64,000 bases of DNA from positions 1-64,000 of the forward strand of contig JBDTZG010000012.1 of NCBI GenBank assembly GCA_040005235.1, in the 5' to 3' direction. This DNA comes from Acidobacteriota bacterium. Its GTDB lineage: Bacteria > Acidobacteriota > Thermoanaerobaculia > Multivoradales > UBA5704. Below the pieces are notes generated by a model, which saw nothing but the letters and a program-made list of their open reading frames with translations, was not told the DNA's origin and did no database searches. The position numbers were made by a program, and so were the translations under genes. Below are positions 30,565 to 38,905 of this stretch, piece after piece; position 1 is the stretch's first letter, and each line of letters opens with the position of its first letter.

Positions 30565-31225
30565 GCTTTTGGCGATCAGCGACCGCCGGGCGGTTCCCGG
30601 CGGCGCGCTCGAACCCTGGCTCGAACAGATCGGAGCCGCGGGGGTCGGGGCGGTGCAGATCCGCGAGAAGGACCTGGAGGATCGCGCGCTGCTCGCCCTC
30701 GCCCGATCCGCCCGCAACCTCCTGCCGCCGGAGACCACCCTCTTGATCAACGGCCGCATCGACGTGGCGCTGGCCGTGGGCCCGGAGCGCGACGACGCCG
30801 CGGGCGGGTGCCGGGTCGGCGTCCATCTGCCGAGCACCGGCCTGCCCACCGCGGCGCTGCGCGACCGGTTCGGCGTCGATCTCGTGATCGGCCGCTCCAC
30901 CCACACGCTCAATGAGATCGAAACCGCACTCGAACAGGGGGCCGATTACGCCACGTTCGGCCCGGTCTATCCGACCCCGAGCAAGGCGGCGTTCGGACCG
31001 CCGGTGGGCCTTGCGGCGTTCGAGCGCGCGGCGGCCCTCGGGCTTCCCCTCTACGCGCTCGGCGGCGTTACACTAGAGCGCCTGCCGGAGCTGGCCCGGG
31101 CGGGCGCCGCGGGGATCGCCGGAATTCGGATCTTCCTCGAACCCGTCGAGCTGCCCGCGCTGGTCGCCGCCGCCCGCGCACTTTTTCCGCCGCGCTCCCC
31201 CGCCGCAACGAGGCTTCCCACGTGA
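30542..31225 (+). CDS. thiE: Thiamine phosphate synthase (ThiE/TenI family)
   Basis: QIREKD, LINGRIDVA, GVHL, GRSTH, GPVYPTPSK and ALGGV. Start uncertain. Confidence 0.85.
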   Translation: MPQPPGFELLAISDRRAVPGGALEPWLEQIGAAGVGAVQIREKDLEDRALLALARSARNLLPPETTLLINGRIDVALAVGPERDDAAGGCRVGVHLPSTGLPTAALRDRFGVDLVIGRSTHTLNEIETALEQGADYATFGPVYPTPSKAAFGPPVGLAAFERAAALGLPLYALGGVTLERLPELARAGAAGIAGIRIFLEPVELPALVAAARALFPPRSPAATRLPT

Positions 31226-31746
31226 CCGAGAACGTCCTGACCGCCGTGCGTAAAGCTCCCCAAAAACTCGGATTCCTGTTCGTCTCGCTCGCCGTGCTGG
31301 TGCTCGATCAGTGGACGAAATGGCTGATCGAGGTCCATCTGCCGCTCCACGCCTCGACCCCGGTGCTCGGCGGCCTCGCGAACTTCACCCATGTGAGAAA
31401 TACCGGCGTCGCTTTCGGCCTGTTCGCGGCGCAGGGGCTTTCGAGCGGCAGCTGGCTGCTCACCGCCCTCGGCCTCGGCGCCCTGGCCGCCGTCTGCATC
31501 TACTTTTGGCGTACTCCCACGAAAGACAGCACCCTGCTGGCCGCGCTCGCCCTGGTGGTCGGCGGCGCGCTCGGCAACCTTCTCGACCGGGCTGCCACCG
31601 GGGCCGTGACCGATTTCGTCGATCTGTTCGTCGGCATGCACCATTGGCCGGCGTTCAACGTCGCCGACGCCGCGATTTCGGTCGGCATTTTGTTGATGGC
31701 GATCGACAGCGTGAAGCGCCGCCATCCGGCCCCGGAACCGGCGTAG
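31222..31746 (+). CDS. lspA: Lipoprotein signal peptidase II
   Basis: DQWTK, NTGVAFG, GGALGNLLDR, VTDF and FNVAD. Confidence 0.95.
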   Translation: MTENVLTAVRKAPQKLGFLFVSLAVLVLDQWTKWLIEVHLPLHASTPVLGGLANFTHVRNTGVAFGLFAAQGLSSGSWLLTALGLGALAAVCIYFWRTPTKDSTLLAALALVVGGALGNLLDRAATGAVTDFVDLFVGMHHWPAFNVADAAISVGILLMAIDSVKRRHPAPEPA

Positions 31747-31757
31747 CTTCCTCCTCG

Positions 31758-32756
31758 ATGGGACATCCCGTGCCGTCCACCTGGGTGGTCGTACCTCCCG
31801 CATCCGGGGAAGAGGCGGCCGGGGCGCTCGATCGCATGTCTCGGATCGACCGCTACATCGCCCACCACCTCGACGTGCCGCGGAACCAGGTGCAGCGCTG
31901 GCTGCGCGACGGCCGGGTGCTCAAGAACGGCAAACCCGCCTCCGGCTCGGATTCCGTCTCCGTGGGCGACGAGATCGCCTGCGATCCTCCCGTCCCCGGC
32001 GACGACCGGGTGGTGGCGGAGAGCGGCGATCTGGCGATCCTGTTCGAGGATTCCGAGCTGCTCGTGCTCGACAAACCGGCGGGGCTCGCGGTCCATCCGG
32101 GGGCCGGACGGGCGACCGGAACGCTCGCCCACTTTCTGCTCGGCCACGATGCTTCGATCGCCGGAGTCGGCGGACCCGGGCGACCGGGAATCGTCCACCG
32201 GCTCGATCTCGGCACCAGCGGCGCAATGGTCATCGCCAAGACCCCCGAAGCGTACCGGGCGCTCTCCGAGGCTTTCGCCGGCCGGGCGATCGACAAGCGC
32301 TACCTGGCGATCGTCCACGGCGAGCCGAAAATCGCGGCTGGAACGATCGACGCCCCGATCGGTCGACATCCGGCGAACCGGCAGGAGATGGCGGTCGTCC
32401 CGCGCGGCCGGCAAGCCCGCACCGACTACCGGACGTTGGCCACGGCAGGGGGATTGGCGCTGCTCGCCTTCCATCTCCACACCGGACGGACGCACCAGAT
32501 CCGCGTCCACGCCAAGCACCTGGGTCATCCGCTGGTGGGAGATCCGGTCTACGGCGAAGCGCGGTGGAAGACGTTGGAGAAGACGCGCCAGGCGGTGGTG
32601 CGGGATTTCGCTCGGCCCGCGCTGCACGCCTGGCGGCTGGCATTCGACCACCCGAAAACCGGCGCGCTGCTTGTCTTCGAGGCGCCGGTACCGGAAGATC
32701 TGCGCGCCCTTTGGCAGGCCGCCACGGGAATCTCTTGGCCCAAACTTCCTAGTTGA
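31758..32756 (+). CDS. rluD: RluA-family pseudouridine synthase with S4 domain
   Basis: DKPAGLAVHP, GIVHRLD..TSG, TGRTHQIRVH, GDPVYG and ALHA. Confidence 0.92.
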   Translation: MGHPVPSTWVVVPPASGEEAAGALDRMSRIDRYIAHHLDVPRNQVQRWLRDGRVLKNGKPASGSDSVSVGDEIACDPPVPGDDRVVAESGDLAILFEDSELLVLDKPAGLAVHPGAGRATGTLAHFLLGHDASIAGVGGPGRPGIVHRLDLGTSGAMVIAKTPEAYRALSEAFAGRAIDKRYLAIVHGEPKIAAGTIDAPIGRHPANRQEMAVVPRGRQARTDYRTLATAGGLALLAFHLHTGRTHQIRVHAKHLGHPLVGDPVYGEARWKTLEKTRQAVVRDFARPALHAWRLAFDHPKTGALLVFEAPVPEDLRALWQAATGISWPKLPS

Positions 32757-33741
32757 ACGTGATCTGACCGTTCTTCATCGTGAACGGCGACAGGTCGTCC
32801 GGTCCGTTCGCGAGGTAGGTGAGGTTCGGGTCGATCCGCACCGCAACTTTTCGGCCGTGGGGTACCGACGCCTTGGTCGGGAGGGTGATTTCGATGAACT
32901 TTCCCGCGACCGTGTTGAGCGAAGCGTCCGGGCTTGCGAACGTGACGATCAGCAGGCCGGGGGTCGAGCGATCGACGGTGAACGTCGAATGGCCGAAGCG
33001 CGCATCCATCCGCACCGAGGGTTTCGCCGCCTGGATCGCCGGATCCCAACGCAGGCCGACCTGGCCTTTGGTGAACGGCCGGGCCTCGATCGTCGAGACG
33101 CCGAGAGCCGCCGACCGGCCCGGGGCCAGTCGAGCCCCCGGCGCCCGCAGCTCGATCGACTCGCCTCGCGCCTCGATCCGCAGTTGGCCCGGCTTGACCA
33201 GGATCGAGATCGGCTGGCCGGCCTCGTCGACCAGGAACGTGTCGGCCGGATCGAGGTCGAGGGTAAAGGTGTCGCCCGGCTGCAGGTCCGCTGCGAGCCG
33301 CAGGTAGAGCACCGCGACGGGGCCGTCCAAGCGGTTGATCATCGCAGCGGGCGAAGCGAACGTGAGCATCGTTTCCAAAGGCTGAAGCGCGGCGCGATAG
33401 GTGACCGCGCCGCGCGGACCGAACACCAGGGCGCCGATCAGCGCCGCGAACGGCTGGTCCCCGGCGTTGCCGGTGAGGCCGCCCGCCGCCAGTGGGCTTT
33501 GCAAAATGCGCTGCGGACCGCGCCGGGGGCGGAAACAGACCTGGCCCTGCTTGATCGGACGGGCGGCGTAGGTGCGCACGACCACCGCGACGATTCCCCC
33601 GGGCTGCCCCACGGCATCGCTGACGCGCAGGGCGAGCTGGGTCTCTCCCCCGCCGCGGGCGAACGCCGGAGCGGCGAGGCTCGCCAAGCCGAGGGCGAGA
33701 CCTAAGTAGAGGAGACGAAATGATTTGCGCGCGGTAGGCAT
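32749..33741 (-). CDS. Secreted protein with two tandem cohesin-like beta-sandwich domains
   Basis: Signal peptide; internal repeat P..[QK]GQV...TFASP.A..N...G...[LI]DP..T[FY]L; GGAGGA RBS. Confidence 0.6.
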   Translation of the reverse strand: MPTARKSFRLLYLGLALGLASLAAPAFARGGGETQLALRVSDAVGQPGGIVAVVVRTYAARPIKQGQVCFRPRRGPQRILQSPLAAGGLTGNAGDQPFAALIGALVFGPRGAVTYRAALQPLETMLTFASPAAMINRLDGPVAVLYLRLAADLQPGDTFTLDLDPADTFLVDEAGQPISILVKPGQLRIEARGESIELRAPGARLAPGRSAALGVSTIEARPFTKGQVGLRWDPAIQAAKPSVRMDARFGHSTFTVDRSTPGLLIVTFASPDASLNTVAGKFIEITLPTKASVPHGRKVAVRIDPNLTYLANGPDDLSPFTMKNGQITFN

Positions 33742-33834
33742 GACCCGATCCTCCGGGAGAAACGGCTGGAGCGCCAAAGGTAACGCTCTCCGGATTACAG
33801 GAATATGACAGGCGAGAAGTGCCGCGGGAACAAC

Positions 33835-34809
33835 CTAAACGGTGGCCACTGCGAGATCCGCAGGCTCTTCTTTGGGCTTCGCGGGTTCCGGGGCCAGGTA
33901 CTCGTCGATCATCGCGGCCAGACCCGACGCTCCCGACCGGGCGACCGCCTGCTCGACCAGAGTCCCAGCGAGCCCTTCGAGCTCGGCGATCACCCCGAGG
34001 TGCCCTTCGCGGCAGAGCGAGGCGAGGTCGTAGCGCGTCGCATCCGCCCAGCGCGAGGCGCGAAACAGCGCCTGGCCCGGTTCCGCCGGACGGCCGAGCC
34101 GGAGCCAGATCTCGGCGGCGACCCCCAGCAGGCCGGCAATCCGGCGGTTGTCGCGCAGCTGGATCGGCGGGCGCGGCAGCGGCCGGGGGAGAAACGGGGT
34201 GAAGCCGAAGCGTGCCAAGGCGCGGGAGAAATCGCGTTCGACCGGCGGCTCGCGGTGAAACAGCGCCTCGAACGCATCGTCGCGCGCCAGCCGCCGCCGT
34301 TCTACGGGAGTGAGCTGGGGGGCCACGCCGTGGACCCAGGCGGCCTCCGCCTCGCTCATCCGCTCGCCGACGATCGCCCAGATCTCCGGGTCGTCGGTGA
34401 GCCCGGCGAGCAGCGGAAACGCCACCCCCGCCCCTTCCGGCAGCCGATCGAGCAGCGACAGATCGCCCGCAAGCACGGCGGGCAGGGCATCGACCACCAG
34501 GGTCGCCCCCGGCGCCTCGGCCCGTTCGCCGGGCAAGAGGTGCAAAAGCACCGGAGTGCCGCGCGCCAGATGATCGCGGGCGAGAGCGTCGCGCGCCGTA
34601 GCGAGGAGCGGCGGCACCGGCGGCAGGTAGGCGACATCGTCGAGCGGTTGGCCGAGGAGAGGCGAAAAATCGACCCCCTCGCCCGAATCGCCCAGGCGCC
34701 CGCGAGAAAGGTCGAGCCAGGGTTCGTTCGCCCCCGGCCAGTCGCGAGGCGCGAAGCGCACCCAAAAGCGCGCCGGCTCGGGGCGGGTCGCCGCCCAGCG
34801 GAGGCTCAT
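33835..34809 (-). CDS. Hypothetical protein: degenerate SPL-like radical-SAM segment plus PolX-type HHH_8-like C-terminal domain
   Basis: ATGA overlap with the riboflavin synthase gene; PLLAGLTDDPE segment; C-terminal NRRIAGLL..AAE...RA.R....DLA.L..EG.L. Only one Cys in 324 aa. Confidence 0.55.
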   Translation of the reverse strand: MSLRWAATRPEPARFWVRFAPRDWPGANEPWLDLSRGRLGDSGEGVDFSPLLGQPLDDVAYLPPVPPLLATARDALARDHLARGTPVLLHLLPGERAEAPGATLVVDALPAVLAGDLSLLDRLPEGAGVAFPLLAGLTDDPEIWAIVGERMSEAEAAWVHGVAPQLTPVERRRLARDDAFEALFHREPPVERDFSRALARFGFTPFLPRPLPRPPIQLRDNRRIAGLLGVAAEIWLRLGRPAEPGQALFRASRWADATRYDLASLCREGHLGVIAELEGLAGTLVEQAVARSGASGLAAMIDEYLAPEPAKPKEEPADLAVATV

Positions 34810-35489
34810 GCCCAGGCTCCCAGGGGTAAAACCGGCGCAACGGGAAGGTCCGGTCCAGCCCGCTCGGATCGGGCGGCCAGTGCGCGTTCGACGTATTTCG
34901 CCAGCACGTCGACCTCCAGGTGCACCCGATCGCCCGGCACCCGATCTTTGAGCGTCGTGACCGCGAGGGTATGCGGCACCAGCGCCACCTCGAATCGATC
35001 CCCGGCGAGCGCGGAGACCGTTAGGCTTACGCCGTCGACCGTAATCGAGCCTTTTTCGACCAGGTACCGCTCCAGAGCCTCGGGCAGCGAGAAAGCGAGA
35101 ATCCGAAACCCACCCTGCTCGCGCCGATCGATGACGGTCGCGGTCCCGTCGACGTGGCCCTGTACCCAATGGCCGCCCAGCGGATCGCCCACCCGCAAAG
35201 CCGGCTCCAGATTGACCTCCGCTCCGGAGCGAAGATCGCCCAGGGCGGTGCGCGCAAGCGTTTCGGGCGACAGCTCGAAGGCGGCGCGGAACATCGCGGG
35301 AGAGATCGGGGCGAGCGCCATGACGGTCAAACAGACGCCGGAGACCGCGACGCTCGCGCCGAGCGGCGGCGAGGGCAGGCGCGCGACGAGATCAGACGAA
35401 AGATCAACCGCCAAGCGGCGACCGTCGCCCGGCGTCGGCCGAGGATCGCCCGCGACGCGACCGGTTTCGAGGATCAGGCCGCTGAACAT
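34806..35489 (-). CDS. ribE: Riboflavin synthase (alpha chain)
   Basis: MFSGLI, GVCLTV, VNLEPAL, GGHWVQGHVD and KGSITVDGVSLTV. Confidence 0.95.
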   Translation of the reverse strand: MFSGLILETGRVAGDPRPTPGDGRRLAVDLSSDLVARLPSPPLGASVAVSGVCLTVMALAPISPAMFRAAFELSPETLARTALGDLRSGAEVNLEPALRVGDPLGGHWVQGHVDGTATVIDRREQGGFRILAFSLPEALERYLVEKGSITVDGVSLTVSALAGDRFEVALVPHTLAVTTLKDRVPGDRVHLEVDVLAKYVERALAARSERAGPDLPVAPVLPLGAWA

Positions 35490-35586
35490 CAGGCGGGGGC
35501 CTTCCCATCGAGATTGGCGCGCTTTGTAAGGTCTGCGATCTTCACAATCCCGATGGTACCAGAGGGTACCGCAACCGAAACGTTTT

Positions 35587-36732
35587 TCAGACCGCGCGCA
35601 GCAGCTCGTTCAAACATCCGGCGCGCAGGCCGGAAAGGATCACGTCCTCGCCCCGGCGTTTCCCTTCGATCCGCTCCAGCCGTGGCGCCTCGGCCAACCG
35701 GGCAAAACCCAGGCCCCCGAGGGGGCTCGGAGCCGAGGCTCCGCCGAGCAGCAGCGGCGCCGCGTCGACCTGCACGGCATCGTAGGTTCCGGCGGCGACG
35801 AAGCTCGCATGGACCTCGCCGCCCCCTTCGACCAGGACGCTTCGGACCCCGCGCTCGAACAGCGCTGCCAGCACCGCCACGGGCTCGACTTCGGCCAAGC
35901 GGACCACTTCGGCGCCGGCCGCGGCGAGCGCCGCGGATTTCTCCAAATCCCCGGATTCGGTGAAGATCGCCACCGGTCCCGGCACTTTGAGTATCTGCGC
36001 CGAGGGAGGCGTCCGCAGGCGCCGGTCGAGTACCACGCGGAGGATCGGCCCTTTCGCGCGCCCGAGCCGCCGGTCGAGCCGCGGGTCGTCGGCGAGCACG
36101 GTGCCCACCCCGATAAGGATCGCGTCGTGCTCCTCGCGCAGCAGGAGGGATGCCTTGCGCGCCTCGGGCGACGAGATCCACCGGCTCTCCCCCGCGACGG
36201 TCGCAATCTTGCCGTCGAGGCTCATCGCCCATTTGAGCGTCACGGAAGGCCGGCCGAGCACCTGGGAGACGAAAAACGGCAGGTTGATCCGCACGGCGTC
36301 CTCGGCGAGAGCACCGGCTTCGACTTCGATTCCCGCCTCCCGCAGCCGGGCGAAGCCCTGACCCGCCACTTTAAGGTTCGGATCGCCGACGCAGACGATC
36401 ACCCGGGAGATGCCCGCCGCGATCACCGCGTCGGCGCACGGAGGGGTGCGGCCGAAGTGGGAGCACGGTTCGAGCGTGACGTAGAGGGTGCCCCCCCGCG
36501 CGGCGCCCGGCGAAGCGGCGGCCGCGGCGCGCAACGCCTCCACCTCGGCGTGCGGGCCGCCGACCTCGCGGTGCCACCCTTCCCCCAGGACTTGGCCGTC
36601 GCGCACCAGGACGGCGCCGACTCTAGGGTTCGGCGCCGTGCGGTAGCGCCCGAGCCCCGCCAGGCGCAACGCGCGCCGCAAATGCCGCAGGTCGAGGGAG
36701 CCGATCGAGCCACTGGGATTGTCGGGGGGCAA
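35587..36732 (-). CDS. ribD: Bifunctional pyrimidine deaminase/reductase RibD
   Basis: PNPRVG, HAE, TLEPCSHFGRTPPC, SLDGKIA and VEGG. Confidence 0.95.
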   Translation of the reverse strand: MPPDNPSGSIGSLDLRHLRRALRLAGLGRYRTAPNPRVGAVLVRDGQVLGEGWHREVGGPHAEVEALRAAAAASPGAARGGTLYVTLEPCSHFGRTPPCADAVIAAGISRVIVCVGDPNLKVAGQGFARLREAGIEVEAGALAEDAVRINLPFFVSQVLGRPSVTLKWAMSLDGKIATVAGESRWISSPEARKASLLLREEHDAILIGVGTVLADDPRLDRRLGRAKGPILRVVLDRRLRTPPSAQILKVPGPVAIFTESGDLEKSAALAAAGAEVVRLAEVEPVAVLAALFERGVRSVLVEGGGEVHASFVAAGTYDAVQVDAAPLLLGGASAPSPLGGLGFARLAEAPRLERIEGKRRGEDVILSGLRAGCLNELLRAV

Positions 36733-36742
36733 AGAGCGACCC

Positions 36743-37720
36743 TCAGCCGAGCAGAGCGTTGGCGAACGCGCGCGGCTCGAAGTCGATCAGGTCGTCCGCC
36801 TTTTCGCCCACCCCGAGGAACAGCACCGGAAGCTTGAGCTCGCGCGCGATCGCGACCGCCATTCCCCCCTTGGCCGTGCCGTCGAGCTTCGCGAGCAGGA
36901 CGCCGTCGACCGGCACGACCTGGGCGAACGTCCGCGCCTGGACCAGCGCGTTCTGGCCGGTCGTGGCGTCGAGCACTAGGATCGTCTCGCGCGGCCAGCC
37001 GGCGGCCTCGCGGTCGATGATCCGGTTGATCTTGGACAGCTCGGCCATCAGGTGATCCTTGGTGTGCAACCGACCGGCGGTGTCGACGATCAGCCGGGTC
37101 ACCCCCCGGGCGCGCGCCGCCTGGATTGCGTCGTAGACCACGGCGGCCGGATCGGCGCCGGTCGCCTGGCGGATCACGTCCACCCCCAGCCGCTCGCCCC
37201 AGAGCGCCAGCTGCTCTATCGCCGCAGCCCGGAACGTATCGGCCGCCGCGAGCAGAACACGCTCCCCCTGGTCCTTCGAGCGCCGCGCGAGCTTGGCGAT
37301 CGAGGTGGTCTTGCCGACGCCGTTCACCCCCACCACCAGAGTCACCCGCGGCCCGTCGCCGATCGGTTTCTTCTTCGGTGCCTGTTCGAGCAGCCGGGCG
37401 ACCTCTTCGGCCAGCCGGGAACGGAGAGCCTGCGGGTCGGTCGTGTCGGTGGTCTTGCGGAGCATCTCGACCAGCTCCAGCGAGGTTTCGACCCCGAGGT
37501 CGGCGGAAATCAGCGCCTCTTCGAGGTAATCGAGCGTCGTGGCGTCGAGCACCGCGCGGCCGGCGACGGCGGCGCCCACCCGTTCGATGATCTCGGTGTG
37601 GGTCATCAACAGCCCGCGCTTCAGCTTGGTCCAGAATCCCGCCCTCTTCGCGGCGTCGGGATCGGGAACCTGGGCTTCGGGCGCGAGCGCAAGGTCGATC
37701 GGAGGTTTCGTTTCCATCAT
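36743..37720 (-). CDS. ftsY: Signal recognition particle receptor FtsY
   Basis: [28 protein letters not shown] and KLDGTAKGG. Confidence 0.96.
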   Translation of the reverse strand: MMETKPPIDLALAPEAQVPDPDAAKRAGFWTKLKRGLLMTHTEIIERVGAAVAGRAVLDATTLDYLEEALISADLGVETSLELVEMLRKTTDTTDPQALRSRLAEEVARLLEQAPKKKPIGDGPRVTLVVGVNGVGKTTSIAKLARRSKDQGERVLLAAADTFRAAAIEQLALWGERLGVDVIRQATGADPAAVVYDAIQAARARGVTRLIVDTAGRLHTKDHLMAELSKINRIIDREAAGWPRETILVLDATTGQNALVQARTFAQVVPVDGVLLAKLDGTAKGGMAVAIARELKLPVLFLGVGEKADDLIDFEPRAFANALLG

Positions 37721-37787
37721 CCGCGGGATGATATCCCGCTCTGCTATCGTCCATCTCCGCCCCAACCCTACCGAGGAGAAGCTCGCC

Positions 37788-38846
37788 ATGTCCCTTACCC
37801 GCTTCGCGCCGCTCCTGCTCCTGGTGCTCGCCCCCGCCGCGGGCCGGCCGGAAGCGCCTACCGCCGCCGCGCCGGCTCCTCCGCCGCCGGCGGCCCTCCG
37901 AACGCTTGAGGCAACCCCGATCGCCCTTCCGGGCGGGACGGCCGGCATCGGCTTCGACGATCTCCAATTCGCCCCGGGCCTCGGCAAGCTCCTCGCTCCG
38001 GCGGGTGGAACCGGCAACCTGGCATTGATCGACCCTGCGACCCACGCCATCACAACCATCGGCGGGTTCCAGCCCGCGACAGGCTCTTCCGGTGGCCACG
38101 ACGCAGGGACTACCTCGGCCGAAGAGGGCCGGGGCTACCTGTTCGCCATCGACCGCGGCGCCAAGCGGCTCGACGTGATCGACCCCGCGGCCGGCAAGAT
38201 CGTCGCCGGAGCCGACCTCGCGGGGAGCCCCGACTACGTCCGCTACGTCGCCGCGACGAACGAGGTCTGGGTGACCGAGCCCGACGGCGAGCGGATCGAA
38301 GTCTTTGCCCTCTCGAAGTCAAAGCCGCCGATCCCGGAGCACGTGGCCTTCGTCGCCGTCCCCGGCGGCCCGGAAGCCCTACAGATCGACCCCGCCCGCG
38401 GACGGGGCTACAGCAACCTGTGGAAGGAAAAAACCGTCGCGATCGATTTGGTGAAGCGCGCCGTCGTCGCTACCTGGGACAACGGCTGCACGGGAGCCCG
38501 GGGCCTGGCGTTCGACACCCGGCGCGGGTTCCTCTTCGTCGGCTGCGCCGAAGGAGGCGCGAGCGTCCTCGACCTCAACCACGACGCCAAGCGCCTCGAT
38601 CACGCGGAATCCGGAGCCGGAGTCGACATCATCGCCTTCGACGCCGGCCTCTCGCACCTCTACGTCCCCGGCGGAAAAGCCGCGACGATGACCGTTTTCT
38701 CGGTCGGCGATGACGGCCGCCTCACCCCCGTCGCGACCGCCAAGACGGCCGCCAAAGCGCATTGCGTCGCGGTCGACGACCGGCACCAGGCGTATGTCTG
38801 CGACCCGACGGGGGGCCGGTTGTTGATGTACCGGGATGGTGGGTAG
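37788..38846 (+). CDS. Secreted YncE-like beta-propeller protein
   Basis: GAGGAG RBS; signal peptide; repeated blades (GFDDL, SPDYV, GPEAL, GARGL, GVDII). Confidence 0.75.
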   Translation: MSLTRFAPLLLLVLAPAAGRPEAPTAAAPAPPPPAALRTLEATPIALPGGTAGIGFDDLQFAPGLGKLLAPAGGTGNLALIDPATHAITTIGGFQPATGSSGGHDAGTTSAEEGRGYLFAIDRGAKRLDVIDPAAGKIVAGADLAGSPDYVRYVAATNEVWVTEPDGERIEVFALSKSKPPIPEHVAFVAVPGGPEALQIDPARGRGYSNLWKEKTVAIDLVKRAVVATWDNGCTGARGLAFDTRRGFLFVGCAEGGASVLDLNHDAKRLDHAESGAGVDIIAFDAGLSHLYVPGGKAATMTVFSVGDDGRLTPVATAKTAAKAHCVAVDDRHQAYVCDPTGGRLLMYRDGG

Positions 38847-38905
38847 ACCCGATGATCTAGAACGGTCCGCCCTTTGCCGCCCCTTCCAGGGCGATTAGCC
38901 GCTCC

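Noticed and set aside
36732-36743. FMN riboswitch before ribD (and TPP riboswitch before thiE)
   Set aside because: Both genes are internal to operons with no leader space, and I see no aptamer consensus.
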